DNA from: Botryllus schlosseri
Lineage: Eukaryota
Assembly: GCA_051294905.1 (NCBI GenBank)
Contig: CM119371.1
Location: 8,868,001-8,932,000 of the forward strand
DNA: 64,000 nt
Direction of reading: 5' to 3'
Numbering within the stretch: position 1 is the first letter of the stretch; every line of letters starts with the position of its first letter. The notes below the pieces were generated by a model, which saw only the letters and a list, made by a program, of their open reading frames with translations, did not search any database and was not told the origin of the DNA. Of the stretch, positions 23,901-33,444 are shown piece after piece. Both the position numbers and the translations under genes were made by a program.

Positions 23901-24323
23901 CCACTTCAACCCTATAATATTTAATGGTACTCTATCACCAGTCGCAAATGGAACTGGTAAGCCATCTATCATGATTATTATCAGGTAATCAACACAGGAC
24001 AATCCACCTATGCCGCGCAATTTCATTTCGAAAGGTTGCCTTTTGGCCCAACTAAGGGGGTATTTATCCTTGGCTACCTCCTTCAAAATCAGATTTGGGA
24101 CACTTCCCGTGTCGGCTAAGAATTTAGTTCCTGTTTTTTTGTCCATTAGGTACAATAAACGACCACCGAACAATTCAGTAAAGTCAGCCTGTGGCGTATT
24201 GTCCGGTATGTCGAGAAAAGTAAATAGGGGTAAAGAAGAATTATGTACAGTTTTAACGTGGTAAGGTAACACTGATTCGGGCAACTGATTTACCGGATCC
24301 ATCAGTGCCCCCAGTCGTTTTTT
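20907..24323 (-). CDS. pol: Pol polyprotein (aspartic protease, spacer, RT, RNase H, Tpt1/KptA-like domain); probably made as Gag-Pol by -1 frameshift; no integrase
   Basis: LADTGS protease (24105-24113); RT motifs WRVVQNLQPLN, LDLKKAYFHM, MPMGL, YIDD (22368-22379), LLG; Ty3/gypsy-type RNase H ETDASDVG..PIAFYS..KELKAL..IITDN. The ORF-track start at 24362 is TTG. Confidence 0.92.
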   Translation of the reverse strand, partial: KKRLGALMDPVNQLPESVLPYHVKTVHNSSLPLFTFLDIPDNTPQADFTELFGGRLLYLMDKKTGTKFLADTGSVPNLILKEVAKDKYPLSWAKRQPFEMKLRGIGGLSCVDYLIIIMIDGLPVPFATGDRVPLNIIGLKWIDQVQQLPSIEMEFKDPTAVNNELTFAALIGDEGTGNRSSTCNVASGDGAMEAATFYNVECGSPADVIRDFGNPSFSERFSAQGRTSGHANLNMGGSVPPKSNHAERRIPASNNQDTGVWKDPDKNGRHIVHDPMVAFVVPPTEKTISNAAVAISSGKENRVDDEESGGNMQTLPEKGPPATREKGVVGVKIGAGTRLFQRQNKSSVEAPLTKGDLAPSPSVPEIRQGPTRPIRGPITTYELCKGTKTDVRDELERLCKQAVELAKSPYKPPDLTSPDNTIVPEAEWRKVYQPYATELEDLRGHLKAPQAMKYKCDIELKDPSTKPFVSGPYNLKGEEQAKALKEAVDNFLDLEVIEQGFAEWKLAIFVVPQKMNERQKQEGGWKQAWRVVQNLQPLNAAIKSIEVPPPLVPDVKQLAQGREVLSLLDLKKAYFHMEMTERSKQYVGIAVKGRHIRWRKMPMGLRTAVALWTSNMQECVVKPITENYQRFMRECGRTDESTVTPMEAYIDDIFLSTKTIEDHLVLLRMVFEQLAKMKLTVSINKCFIGKRRVNLLGATLTGKEIEVQPERVRALKELAPPHNIYELRGWIGALRYISEHIPELSLKLAKFDALTGKVPATQGRVTPLLWNDELLHDYKVAQALLDDARVLYHLDPELPLYIETDASDVGFGSVIFQTEEGEKPPFTKIYPIAFYSQKWTTQTAKAYDPCTKELKALKDSVEKWQSMLRAIPFTIITDNTGVFGLLKRMTEKAANPSPKPLIQRWLNHLSGFQIDKVIHLSTLQVFTSDGLSRSYWMEMAAGEDDPCVWTTLPTTKSADAPNELDSARHEFIQRLLMRHCRHEVCDHSHGGFHPWGHLQEILRRKLGKEFQSHFLRSIMQNNSRAVLQDEGLAAAHGHTVGEPPAYEEYTGNDKLYHMTTRNGAQRIMQTELERMPRKYIHFSLTRSGKSRGRKVALQIDASKIRELGMIMWQSPNPDVILCRGPIPSAVIQFADKKQ
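20910..21425 (-). other. Tpt1/KptA RNA 2'-phosphotransferase-like domain at Pol C-terminus
   Basis: Colinear family motifs: CRH (LRH), GGF (dGw), IMQNNSR, AAHGHT (RAnqGHS), LYHMT (lyHGT), ERMPRKYIHFS (kpmkRqhVHLS), ALQIDA, QSPNPDVILC..PIP. Confidence 0.8.
24262..24323 (-). promoter_or_regulatory. -1 programmed ribosomal frameshift signal (A AAA AAC plus stem-loop/pseudoknot)
   Basis: In the gag frame GCA AAA AAC (24317-24323); pol is in the -1 frame; downstream GGGCACTGAT pairs with ATCAGTTGCCC, and loop GGTAA could pair with a later TTACC. Confidence 0.8.
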
Positions 24324-27295
24324 GCTAATCTCAACCCCTGGTCCAATTCCTCGTCGGTCCAATATGGATTAATACGGGATTGTGGGGGATAATATGGCTG
24401 GGTCCATGCTACCGTATCGGCATTGTGAGTGGGTCCCCGTGGTCCCCATTGATCTCTATCGCGCCAATGGGTCCTGTCTCTATTCTTAGGTCTTTCGTTA
24501 TAATACGTGTCACACAGGGCTGTTCTCTCAACAAATGAAGGGGACCCTTGTGAGGCTAAGTATCGATCCAAATCAGGTATCGAGAGTAGTCGATTTTCAG
24601 TTAGAAAAGGACGCCAATTCCTTTCTACAAATTCCTTTATGCGAGGTGGTACAGGTCGTCGTCGCTTTTGGATTACCCATCCCTCGGTATCGTCTTTAGT
24701 TAGGACCTCCTCATTCAGCCATAATATGAATTTGGCTACGCAATTTCGAGATTGGTGCCCTGGTGCCTTGCAATAATAACATACAGACAATGTTTGCCCC
24801 TCTGACGGGTTCAAATATAAGCCTAGAGGTGCAAAAATATTGGGGTTACCAAGGAAATTATACCTCTCACCTTGACTGTTGGAAATCTGGCTCGCCTCGT
24901 GGCTACTCGATGGAGTTGCTTGAGAATAGTCCCTTCCGAAGCCCGAATCCTGCGTCTGCGAAAATCGCGGTTGTCCTCGGTTTAATGTTCTCCTTTCCTG
25001 GTTCGGTCGCGAGGTCGGAGAGTTCTGAGAGTAGTGACCGTTACCTCTATCTCCCGCTGGACGTCTCTGCGAAGGCGAGATCCCCTGTGGTCTATTCGCT
25101 ACCCCACCCTTCGAAGTGGGTCTTTCCCGACTGGGATTTCCGTGGGCTATTACCGTCGTGGGGAATCGGTTCGTCTTTGCGGCCCTGCCTGGGTTTATCC
25201 TTGTCACAGGCTGGTACGTTGTCCGGGCGCGTCTTCCGACGTCCATAGGTTGTCGACTCTGAGGTGACACGTTGTTGAGCATAGATTGTGAAGAGGGAGA
25301 GGGCGAGTTGATAATGGGGGGCGTGGGGGTACGTATCGGCTGGGAATTGTCTATTCTCCCATTTCCAGTGGGCTGGGTTGGGTAGCTAGGCATCATGTGT
25401 CCGGCAGGTTGTACATTGTAAATATGTACGGGTGGCAGAGAAGGAGCACTTACAGCGTGTGCCTTTTTGTTGGGAGCCCTCGTCTCGCTAGGGAACCTCC
25501 CTTCTTCCTGATCGTCTAGGAACTCGGAATTCCAGAACATCTGTAACTCCTCAGCCACTTGTTGCCACGTCCCCTCTTCCCAACCGCGGATCATCATTCT
25601 CAACGCCTGAGGCAGTTGACGTCGTAGATGTCTGAACAAACGCAGCCCGTCGGGGTTTTTCTTAATGTAGCTTCCCATATTTATTTCGAGTTGCTTCAGC
25701 ACACTATTCAACAACGGCAGTGGTTCTTCATTCCAGGAGTAATTACTCCGAAATTCGTTAATGATCTTTTCGTTATTCACTAAACCTTGAGGGTTGGAAA
25801 GGTTGAGGGACCTCATAACGGAAAACCAACTCGGTTTGCCCGAGTTGGTGTTGAAAAAGTTTCCCAACTGTCTGGCCTGCTTTATACGTCCTGCCTGTCT
25901 CAGCTTTTTCTGCATGGCGTTTGATAAGATTATATCTTCGTTCGTATCCCCCTCTCCATGATCGATGCGAGCCATCGTATTAGCCATCCATTTAACAAGG
26001 GGCATGTCGTCCGGGTCCATCATGAGTTGCATCATTTCCTTTTCGGTTTGTAATCTGATAGGCCGTTCCCCAGCGTGGAACTCACGTGCTTGACTCGGGG
26101 TCCCCAATTCCCCTGGTGGATTGCAAGTATAACCTTGTTGCTGTTCTACAATTCCTTCCTCACTGTAATCAGGAGTGGACTCAAACCGTGGGGAACCAGC
26201 GGTGAATCGAGACGGGAAGTAAATCTGCCTAAAATTGCTAGGATCGCGGAGAGCGTCTTGTGGTTTGTGGCCATTATTGTTAAGGATAGAAGTCTTGGTT
26301 TCCCTATCTTCTAGGGGACCTCTTCCAATCCTTTCAAAAGTAACGTGCCTGGTTTCGTCTGGCTCGCTCCTCGCTCGTCTTTTGACGGAGATTTTATCGC
26401 TTGTTCGTTGACCGTCCTGTCCACGTTGGTCGTCCTGCCTACCCCGGTCTCCTCCTATTCGTACCAATCCGGCCGCCCCATGATACTGTTTCGTGGAGTC
26501 GTGTTCATGTTGATCTTCCACGCTCGGTCTAGGACGGATCGGCGTGTACATGTCAGTGGAGGGACGTCCTGATGATACGGTCGGAGGGCCGTCCGGCCCA
26601 AATTTATCCAAGGATTTCGAGCGTCTCATCCCTTTGGCACTAAGCAGTCCCTGACCGGGACTGGCTGCCAGTCTAAGAGCGGGACTGGCTGGTTGTAGGT
26701 TTCCGGTTTTTTGAATCGGTTGTTGCTGGGGTGATTTGTGTGTTGGACCTTCCGACTGAGTCTGGGGGGAGGCCGTATATACAGCTGTAATTGTATGGCA
26801 ATCAAGTCCTTTGCTCACATGAAATTTGGGCCTAAGGACGGCTCCCCCCCATGACGGGTTTGTTGGGTGGTGATATGCTGGTGGGGGTGAAGTGGGTATT
26901 ACTGTTAGCGCGTTAGATGGTCGAGAGGTCTCCCCGATTACCGACGCATGTTCCTTTCCGAGGTCGAATTCAGCCTTCAAAACTTCGTTTAGTACATCTG
27001 TGGAAACTTTACCACTGACCTTGGTGGTAGCGTCACATACTGCTTTCAAATCAGCCTTAGCCTGTTTTACCTCTTTCTTTATTTTGTCCAATTCTTTCAT
27101 AGTACCCGGCAGGACTGTTTTGACTTCCTTCAGCAGTTTGGTTTGGTCTGCGACACTTTGAGTGAGTCTTTTTTCCTGATCCTTTACATTTTCATGGCGT
27201 AATTGTGTGGCTCTGAACAGCTGAATTCCTTGTTCTAATTCCGCAGCTGTCTCCGTTGATCTTTTCTTTTTGAACAACTTCACCATTTTTTCCAT
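24302..27295 (-). CDS. gag: Gag-like polyprotein (997 aa)
   Basis: N-terminal coiled coil, PPAY motif, central helical domain, CCHC knuckle CYYCKAPGHQSRNC (24740-24781), position directly upstream of and overlapping pol. Confidence 0.85.
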   Translation of the reverse strand: MEKMVKLFKKKRSTETAAELEQGIQLFRATQLRHENVKDQEKRLTQSVADQTKLLKEVKTVLPGTMKELDKIKKEVKQAKADLKAVCDATTKVSGKVSTDVLNEVLKAEFDLGKEHASVIGETSRPSNALTVIPTSPPPAYHHPTNPSWGGAVLRPKFHVSKGLDCHTITAVYTASPQTQSEGPTHKSPQQQPIQKTGNLQPASPALRLAASPGQGLLSAKGMRRSKSLDKFGPDGPPTVSSGRPSTDMYTPIRPRPSVEDQHEHDSTKQYHGAAGLVRIGGDRGRQDDQRGQDGQRTSDKISVKRRARSEPDETRHVTFERIGRGPLEDRETKTSILNNNGHKPQDALRDPSNFRQIYFPSRFTAGSPRFESTPDYSEEGIVEQQQGYTCNPPGELGTPSQAREFHAGERPIRLQTEKEMMQLMMDPDDMPLVKWMANTMARIDHGEGDTNEDIILSNAMQKKLRQAGRIKQARQLGNFFNTNSGKPSWFSVMRSLNLSNPQGLVNNEKIINEFRSNYSWNEEPLPLLNSVLKQLEINMGSYIKKNPDGLRLFRHLRRQLPQALRMMIRGWEEGTWQQVAEELQMFWNSEFLDDQEEGRFPSETRAPNKKAHAVSAPSLPPVHIYNVQPAGHMMPSYPTQPTGNGRIDNSQPIRTPTPPIINSPSPSSQSMLNNVSPQSRQPMDVGRRARTTYQPVTRINPGRAAKTNRFPTTVIAHGNPSRERPTSKGGVANRPQGISPSQRRPAGDRGNGHYSQNSPTSRPNQERRTLNRGQPRFSQTQDSGFGRDYSQATPSSSHEASQISNSQGERYNFLGNPNIFAPLGLYLNPSEGQTLSVCYYCKAPGHQSRNCVAKFILWLNEEVLTKDDTEGWVIQKRRRPVPPRIKEFVERNWRPFLTENRLLSIPDLDRYLASQGSPSFVERTALCDTYYNERPKNRDRTHWRDRDQWGPRGPTHNADTVAWTQPYYPPQSRINPYWTDEELDQGLRLAKNDWGH

Positions 27296-27301
27296 AATTA
27301 T

Positions 27302-27532
27302 TTAACTAGTTTCGTTATATGGAAAATTTCTAACAGGAAATAGTGCCTCACTTGTTGATTCCGATATATTTACCGAGTTGGGTAGACCAAGAGTGGGGGC
27401 AGTAGAAGTAGGAGGGGCCACAGTAGGAATTAAGTGAAAATACAAGGAATCCAAAGTGACCAGTAGTGTTATGAGTGAAGCGACGACGAAGATGAGAAAG
27501 GCTCCGCCGAAACAACACGTTTTGAACCGCAT
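27302..27532 (-). CDS. Small single-pass membrane protein (~76 aa from ATG) abutting gag
   Basis: Hydrophobic run AFLIFVVASLITLLVTL; stop codon 6 nt before the gag ATG. Confidence 0.45.
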   Translation of the reverse strand: MRFKTCCFGGAFLIFVVASLITLLVTLDSLYFHLIPTVAPPTSTAPTLGLPNSVNISESTSEALFPVRNFPYNETS

Positions 27533-28443
27533 CAGATCGTCCAACCTCAAAACTAATTTTGTTATATCTTCGGGGAGAATGTGTTTATCACCTTAAGTGT
27601 CTTTTCAACGCTGTTAGGTATCCCAGTGGTGCCTCCAATAGTTTTAAGTGAAGCTCCACGGCGATTGCACGTGCGAGTATGTCTCCACTTGGTTCGGTAT
27701 CCTTCCAGTGTTGAAATTGCACTTGTATGGTTCTTCACACCCTATTCCGCGCTTATGGTTGATTGAAGTAAATGCAATGACCGTTTGATTGAACAATTCA
27801 TCAATCTTTTACCGGTCCAGCGGCCAGATCTTGGTCTATACTATAAGATAAATCTTAATACAACCTTAATACAACCAAATACTCCAATCTTAATCACGTT
27901 CAATACTCGGAAAAGGACTATAGCGAATATAAATCAACACATGACTTAGGCTATCAATCCATCGTTCAAGTACATCACGCAATTATATAATGATCTTCAC
28001 ACCAATTCTCAATATTATTTCGCAAATCCTACAGTGAATGGGTCTTGCCTAAAGTGTTGGGTTTATTATACTGTTAACACAGGTTTTTGTTATTCCATCC
28101 TTGTTTTTCGTGGTCATTCACTGGTAGTTTTATTTAGTTTATGACGTCATAGCATTTCCAGGGCAAGCAATTCCCGTTCCTACGATAATCACACTATAGG
28201 GGCATGTGATTTTCAATCCACCTAGGCACAACTCATTCACTGCTATTCATCCCCATTAGAGGAATTGTAAAAGGACTGAATCCACATATAATACGATATT
28301 GTCTTAGACCTAAGTAAATGTAATCATGTACGCACCAGAAATAATTAAAGACACAAGTATTTACACACAAATTTAGTTACGCTTTGTAATATACACAGTC
28401 GCCATTAACAATTGCCCCCTGGTGTATTTCATTTTAGCGGACT

Positions 28444-28989
28444 TCATTGGTATCCTGGGTCCGCATAATCCAAACTGTATTGGTTAATTCTCTGTCGTCG
28501 GTTCTTAAGAGTATCAAATACTTTTGAGATATTTTGTCGTGTTTGGCGCCTCCCGGAAGTAACCAATATCTCTGTTGGCGCCCCTCTTTGTGATTCTTCG
28601 GTAATGGTACTTTTCAGGTATTGCCTTACCCTTCCCAGCTTTTGTTCCGCATCTCCCTCGGTGGACTTATGTATTGTTCTGCATCCTTTTATGATCTTCA
28701 ATACCTTCAGGGATCGCTCACGGACTTTGTCCGGATTCTGTTGTTCTCTTGTCTCTGCAGGTTCAGCAGATATAAAAAATCTATGTAGTATATCATTGAG
28801 GGCCTTCAGGGTAGGCTTTTCTATGTTACTCATCAACCCAATCAGGATGTCGAACTCCTCGATGGTTGCAATTAGTGCTGTATTTACACTGTAGCTTCTA
28901 GAATGAGAGATCTCAATTCTCTTGATGTTTCGGCAATGAGGCATGTTCCCAATCGTCCAATTCTTCTTAATACACCTTAGGGTGTACAA
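28444..28989 (-). CDS. Hypothetical helical/basic protein (181 aa; first ATG 28944)
   Basis: Uninterrupted ORF, same strand as the cluster; no recognisable motif. Confidence 0.5.
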   Translation of the reverse strand: MYTLRCIKKNWTIGNMPHCRNIKRIEISHSRSYSVNTALIATIEEFDILIGLMSNIEKPTLKALNDILHRFFISAEPAETREQQNPDKVRERSLKVLKIIKGCRTIHKSTEGDAEQKLGRVRQYLKSTITEESQRGAPTEILVTSGRRQTRQNISKVFDTLKNRRQRINQYSLDYADPGYQ

Positions 28990-30023
28990 TGTTCAGTCAA
29001 TGGCGAACTGGTTTTATACTACAATAGCGTGGAATATGTGCCTAAATTACTCTAACATCGGGTACCTCTGTAACATGCACATCCAACACAGTCCAATTTT
29101 CATAAATCAACTTCATGGTATCAAAGAGGATAAGGGGATAAATATATGGATATGCGTTTTTACTATTAGCAGCCTTCGATTGAACTCATATGCACGAAAC
29201 AATAGTCACTCACAGGTACACTCTTATAGCATTTGATTCCAAATTCATAGTATATGTTTTATATTTTATATTTTTTCACACGAAATGCATGAATATTCCG
29301 CGAATATGGACTAAACAACACAGGATTTACATATTCGTGTACATCCCCCCAACACCAGATCAGGAGTTATTAAATGGTATATTCATTTTGATTGGTGCCA
29401 CCTGGAGGTAGCCCCAGGTATAAACTGGTGAAATAGGGGATTGGAATTCAAACGTAAACCGTTACATAGGTGATATTCATTTACGTAATCTTCAACACGA
29501 TTCCTGAGAGAGAAAAGGTTAAGGGTTGGATCCTTGTATCATAGTTAAGAAGATTTTGTGTTAATAAGTGATATATCATAATTAGTATTTAATTACTGAT
29601 ATGAGTAAATATAGTATCTTATTAAGGGCGAATAAATATCTGTTGTAATGACAACGGCGCTTTTTCTTACTAATGGCCCGTATGGTCAGCCAGGTGATTA
29701 AATCACCACTAATCTTTTCAGTCACTGTGGTCTTTTTCATAATATAAGATTATGATACCATATCTTATCCAATTTGGAGGGGCTATTGACCTTAACTGAA
29801 ACATAAGGTTACAGTGTCAAATTCCAGAAATATGTATGTATATGCAAGGATTCATGCAATCGTCAGAATTCTCTAAATTAGCATTCGGATACAAGTGATT
29901 AATCAATCGAGAAACACATGGAAACTTTTTTATTCGATAACTCGACGCTTTAATAGCATATTAGTGTTATAAACGTGAAAAATCTCAACCAGAGTTATTT
30001 CTTCGGGCATGTATTCTGACCGT

Positions 30024-30959
30024 CTATTGACACTTGAAACGAGGGTCATTCGCCACGATCTGCAAGAACTTCGGAAATCTCTTTTGGTGGGGGCACCGGC
30101 GTCTCCACAACCACTCGTGAATGTAACTAGGAAGAAGTGCTCTAAAGACACCGTGTAATCTTCGAATAGAGTGTTTGAAAAAATTCCAGGATGCCTCTAT
30201 ATTTTGAGTATGAACTCCCGTTTCTCTGTTAATATACTCTAATTTATGATTAACGGTAAAGTGTTTGTACCCCATACCCCACTCCTCGATCCTTCGATAG
30301 CTTGCAAATGAGTCAGTCCAGATGGTTGACCCTCTTCTTACGTACTTCGTTATTAGTCGTCGTAGTACTGGTGCTGTTCTCCCCTCAATAGGCACTAGTT
30401 CAGCAAACATTTCTTTAGATTCCATGTCGATTCCGGCGAGAATGTACCGATTTTTCTTTACATTTCTGCCCATCTTGTTCCCTGGTTTCCTTTTGCATAC
30501 GTACGCCTCGTCAATTTGAATTATTCTATTTGGACCACCCACTCTGTTATCTTTGCTTAGAATGTCCTGAGAACATACGCTTCTTAATATTTTAGCCCAA
30601 GGCACCATCGTTCGTTTGGTAACTTCCGCTTCAGCGGCCACACGATGCTGGGGCAGATCTATGGCCCAGAAGTATGTTAATATTAGAAGTCGAATGAGTC
30701 CCACACGACTTTTGGAGAATATAGACCCGGCTCTGATGGATTGGCTAGTCCAGCAGATCGGGCAACGCCATCGGCATCCATCTGTCGTTGTGGTGGTTTC
30801 TTCCTGATACATTGGGCAAGCACAGCTGTAACAAGTAGCATGCTTTGCAAGAAGAGAATGGTTTCTTAAAAATTTGATGCATTGGGCAGTGTTTGTGATA
30901 GCCCCCATCTTCGCCAGTCGAAATATACTATACTTATTTTTTTCGCTTCGCGGTCGCAT
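30024..30959 (-). CDS. IS1595/ISXO2-like (Merlin-type) DDE transposase, copy 2 (311 aa)
   Basis: DGCRWRCPIC, SIRAGSIFS, QIDEAY, STIWTDSFASY, VNH..GVHTQNIEASW, YIHEWLWRR; shares YFWA and C-terminal DPRF with copy 1. Confidence 0.9.
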   Translation of the reverse strand: MRPRSEKNKYSIFRLAKMGAITNTAQCIKFLRNHSLLAKHATCYSCACPMYQEETTTTTDGCRWRCPICWTSQSIRAGSIFSKSRVGLIRLLILTYFWAIDLPQHRVAAEAEVTKRTMVPWAKILRSVCSQDILSKDNRVGGPNRIIQIDEAYVCKRKPGNKMGRNVKKNRYILAGIDMESKEMFAELVPIEGRTAPVLRRLITKYVRRGSTIWTDSFASYRRIEEWGMGYKHFTVNHKLEYINRETGVHTQNIEASWNFFKHSIRRLHGVFRALLPSYIHEWLWRRRCPHQKRFPKFLQIVANDPRFKCQ

Positions 30960-31147
30960 TCTTTCTCGTTTATCGAATCTCCCAAGTGTTGGTAAAAAGG
31001 CCTTTCGTTGTCTGGTTCGATAACGTTTCTTCAGTGTTATGTTGTTGTCTTGCGTTAATAAAGGTCTTCGTATGATTCACCAATATAATAAATATCGTTA
31101 TAACATATGTAGCGACACCCTTTTATGCTGAAAGTTATAATTTAATT

Positions 31148-31660
31148 TCAGTCATTCTGGCCTTGTGAATCTCTGAAGGTCGTGAAGTCGCGCTCAGCCT
31201 CCTCAAGAGGTATGCCTCGGGACTTAGCATGGGCGAATATTTGCATGAGTGGGTGAACGACCCATTTCAGAAAAGAATTTTTTCGATCAGTACTTTCCTC
31301 CAAAACCGCTTTCCACACATCGCTGTGTCTCATTAAACCTTCGATGTATTCGCGAGCAATTGTCAGAAAAGCCATTCTAAAGGGCAGTTCTTGATGGAGA
31401 ATACCCGTAAAACATTTTTCAAAATCACTTTCCTCCAGGTCTTTGCCCGCCCAATCCTCATGAAGGACCTCTAAATTGTTTTTAGCTTTCCAGTAACATA
31501 TTCGGGGATCAGTATCGTGCCCTATTATCTCATCCAAGTGATCCACCAGATCATCTGAGGTCAATAGGTACCGCAGTGCTTTAAGTCCTTGATCAATAAA
31601 ATCATCTGGGGATAGAGGTGCCCATTCTCCATAGTCCTGATCTTCCGGTAATTGCACCAT
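31148..31660 (-). CDS. Unknown-function protein, paralog A (170 aa)
   Basis: Full-length alignable with 38024-38542 (F.DQGLK.L, PR..YWK, DW.GK.L, TG.LH.E.P...AF, WV..P...I.AHA). Confidence 0.75.
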   Translation of the reverse strand: MVQLPEDQDYGEWAPLSPDDFIDQGLKALRYLLTSDDLVDHLDEIIGHDTDPRICYWKAKNNLEVLHEDWAGKDLEESDFEKCFTGILHQELPFRMAFLTIAREYIEGLMRHSDVWKAVLEESTDRKNSFLKWVVHPLMQIFAHAKSRGIPLEEAERDFTTFRDSQGQND

Positions 31661-33444
31661 TTTGAGGAATTTCTAAATTAGTCGTTTCTATATGAAAAGA
31701 TCATGAAGCAAATAATCAATTATTCACTTGTTTCAATGGGCACCCTCCTGAGAGATGTATTGATTGGTTTTTCAAGGAATATGAATCACATCATAACCTT
31801 AGTCATAGATGTAGTTGTAGTTATTCAATATGTAATCCCCACCTATTTTTTTCTTCTATATATAGATATATATATATTTATTTATTTATTTTTTTTTTTT
31901 TAAAACCTTTTTCACTCATTTTTAAATTTTTATACCCTATTCACATCGTTTTACTAATCGTTTTATTATTATTTTTTTTGTAAGCTTTTCGTTATATTAT
32001 ATGTATTTTTTTTTTTTTTTTTAGGTGGGTTCTAAAGCATATGTATATACAATGGGTAAATCAAGCCCCCTCCCCCCCATTTTTATCAAAGAATGCCATG
32101 AGGATCCGTTGTTCTCCCTGGCCCAACTACAAAAAATGCCTGGAGATGCCAAAAAACGGAGCCTTTTCTTGTGATAAAAATGTACCCAGGGCGTTTAGAA
32201 AATAAATTTTCGTAACCATCTCTCCTTTAAAAAGAAAAAAAAGGGGGGGTGCCAAGGGGCATATCATTCCCGTTCGAAACGGTCGAGTAATAAAAATATT
32301 CAATATACCAGAAACATAAAAATATAGATCATATTTGATATCACCGCTGTGCAAACGAAATAAACAAGCAAACGAATCGATTAGCAATAAACAAAATATA
32401 ATAAATGTCGCTGCAGGTCACCAATAGGAATAAGGAAATAGATAAAGAAAAAATGAACACGAAAAGAAAGTGACAGGGCGATTCTGCGTTGGGGCCGCAA
32501 GCCAGCGCAGAACCGCGTTGCCATACGGGGTATGATAGATGAAGTAATTATCCTTTATAGACGTCTGGGGTGCCGTCCACAGAGGTTGCGAGGTAATACA
32601 GAAAATTTGTGACACATTATAATTCAAGTTGAAAACGTTGGGTGGTGTATAATTAGTGACAACATTGTGACGCGATAGTTGCCATATGTTATGCTTAAAA
32701 ATTATCCGCTATCCGCTCACCGCCGTACACGAAAAACAAATCCAACCAGCGGAATTGTTACAAAGACGATACTTGAAATAAAATAAACAAAAGCAATTTA
32801 AAAACGAATGCTGCTCACATAAAATTTTCACATAAAATCAATGGACAATGGACATGCTGCTTACTTTACTTGAAACTACGCGTAAAACTGATCCGATCGC
32901 TAAACACCTCTGTCGCTTTATCGCCTGGATGTTAACCGGGTTTACAGTCTATGAATACGTAAATGCTTACGAAAGATGCGCTTTCCCATAGATGTTATAC
33001 AGGGTTCTTGTTACAAAAAATGAAAACTCAACACATTCGAACCTCCTTTAGATCTTATTTAGGGTTCCGGACTTAAAATTTTTTATAGAGAGATAATAAT
33101 ATACTAGTATTCAAGTATGTGGGTTCAATCCATAGTTAAGCCATAAACCTAGCCACAACTGGTTCGTATTCTTCGTCCGTTTAGTTAAACAAGATAAGGT
33201 AATGTCGAAATTTGGGCCTAACCATTATCTGTCATCCCTATCGTTTTGGTCATATGGGCTTCTCCAATGTCTAATACGAAGGTCCCCGTCTCGTTATGAG
33301 GTATTTGTAGACTTTAGGTTCGTAACATCCGTTTTGTTTTCGATGGAAACCGGTTAATCCGGCCTAAGAGCCAATCAAAAGTCCATTATATCTCCTTTTG
33401 CCAAAGGGGAGTGTACATATATGTATATATATGTATGTTGAAAT

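Noticed and set aside
13722..27161. Plus-strand ORFs overlapping env/pol/gag (e.g. 13722-14324, 24763-25248)
   Set aside because: Antisense shadows of long coding sequences with no motifs.
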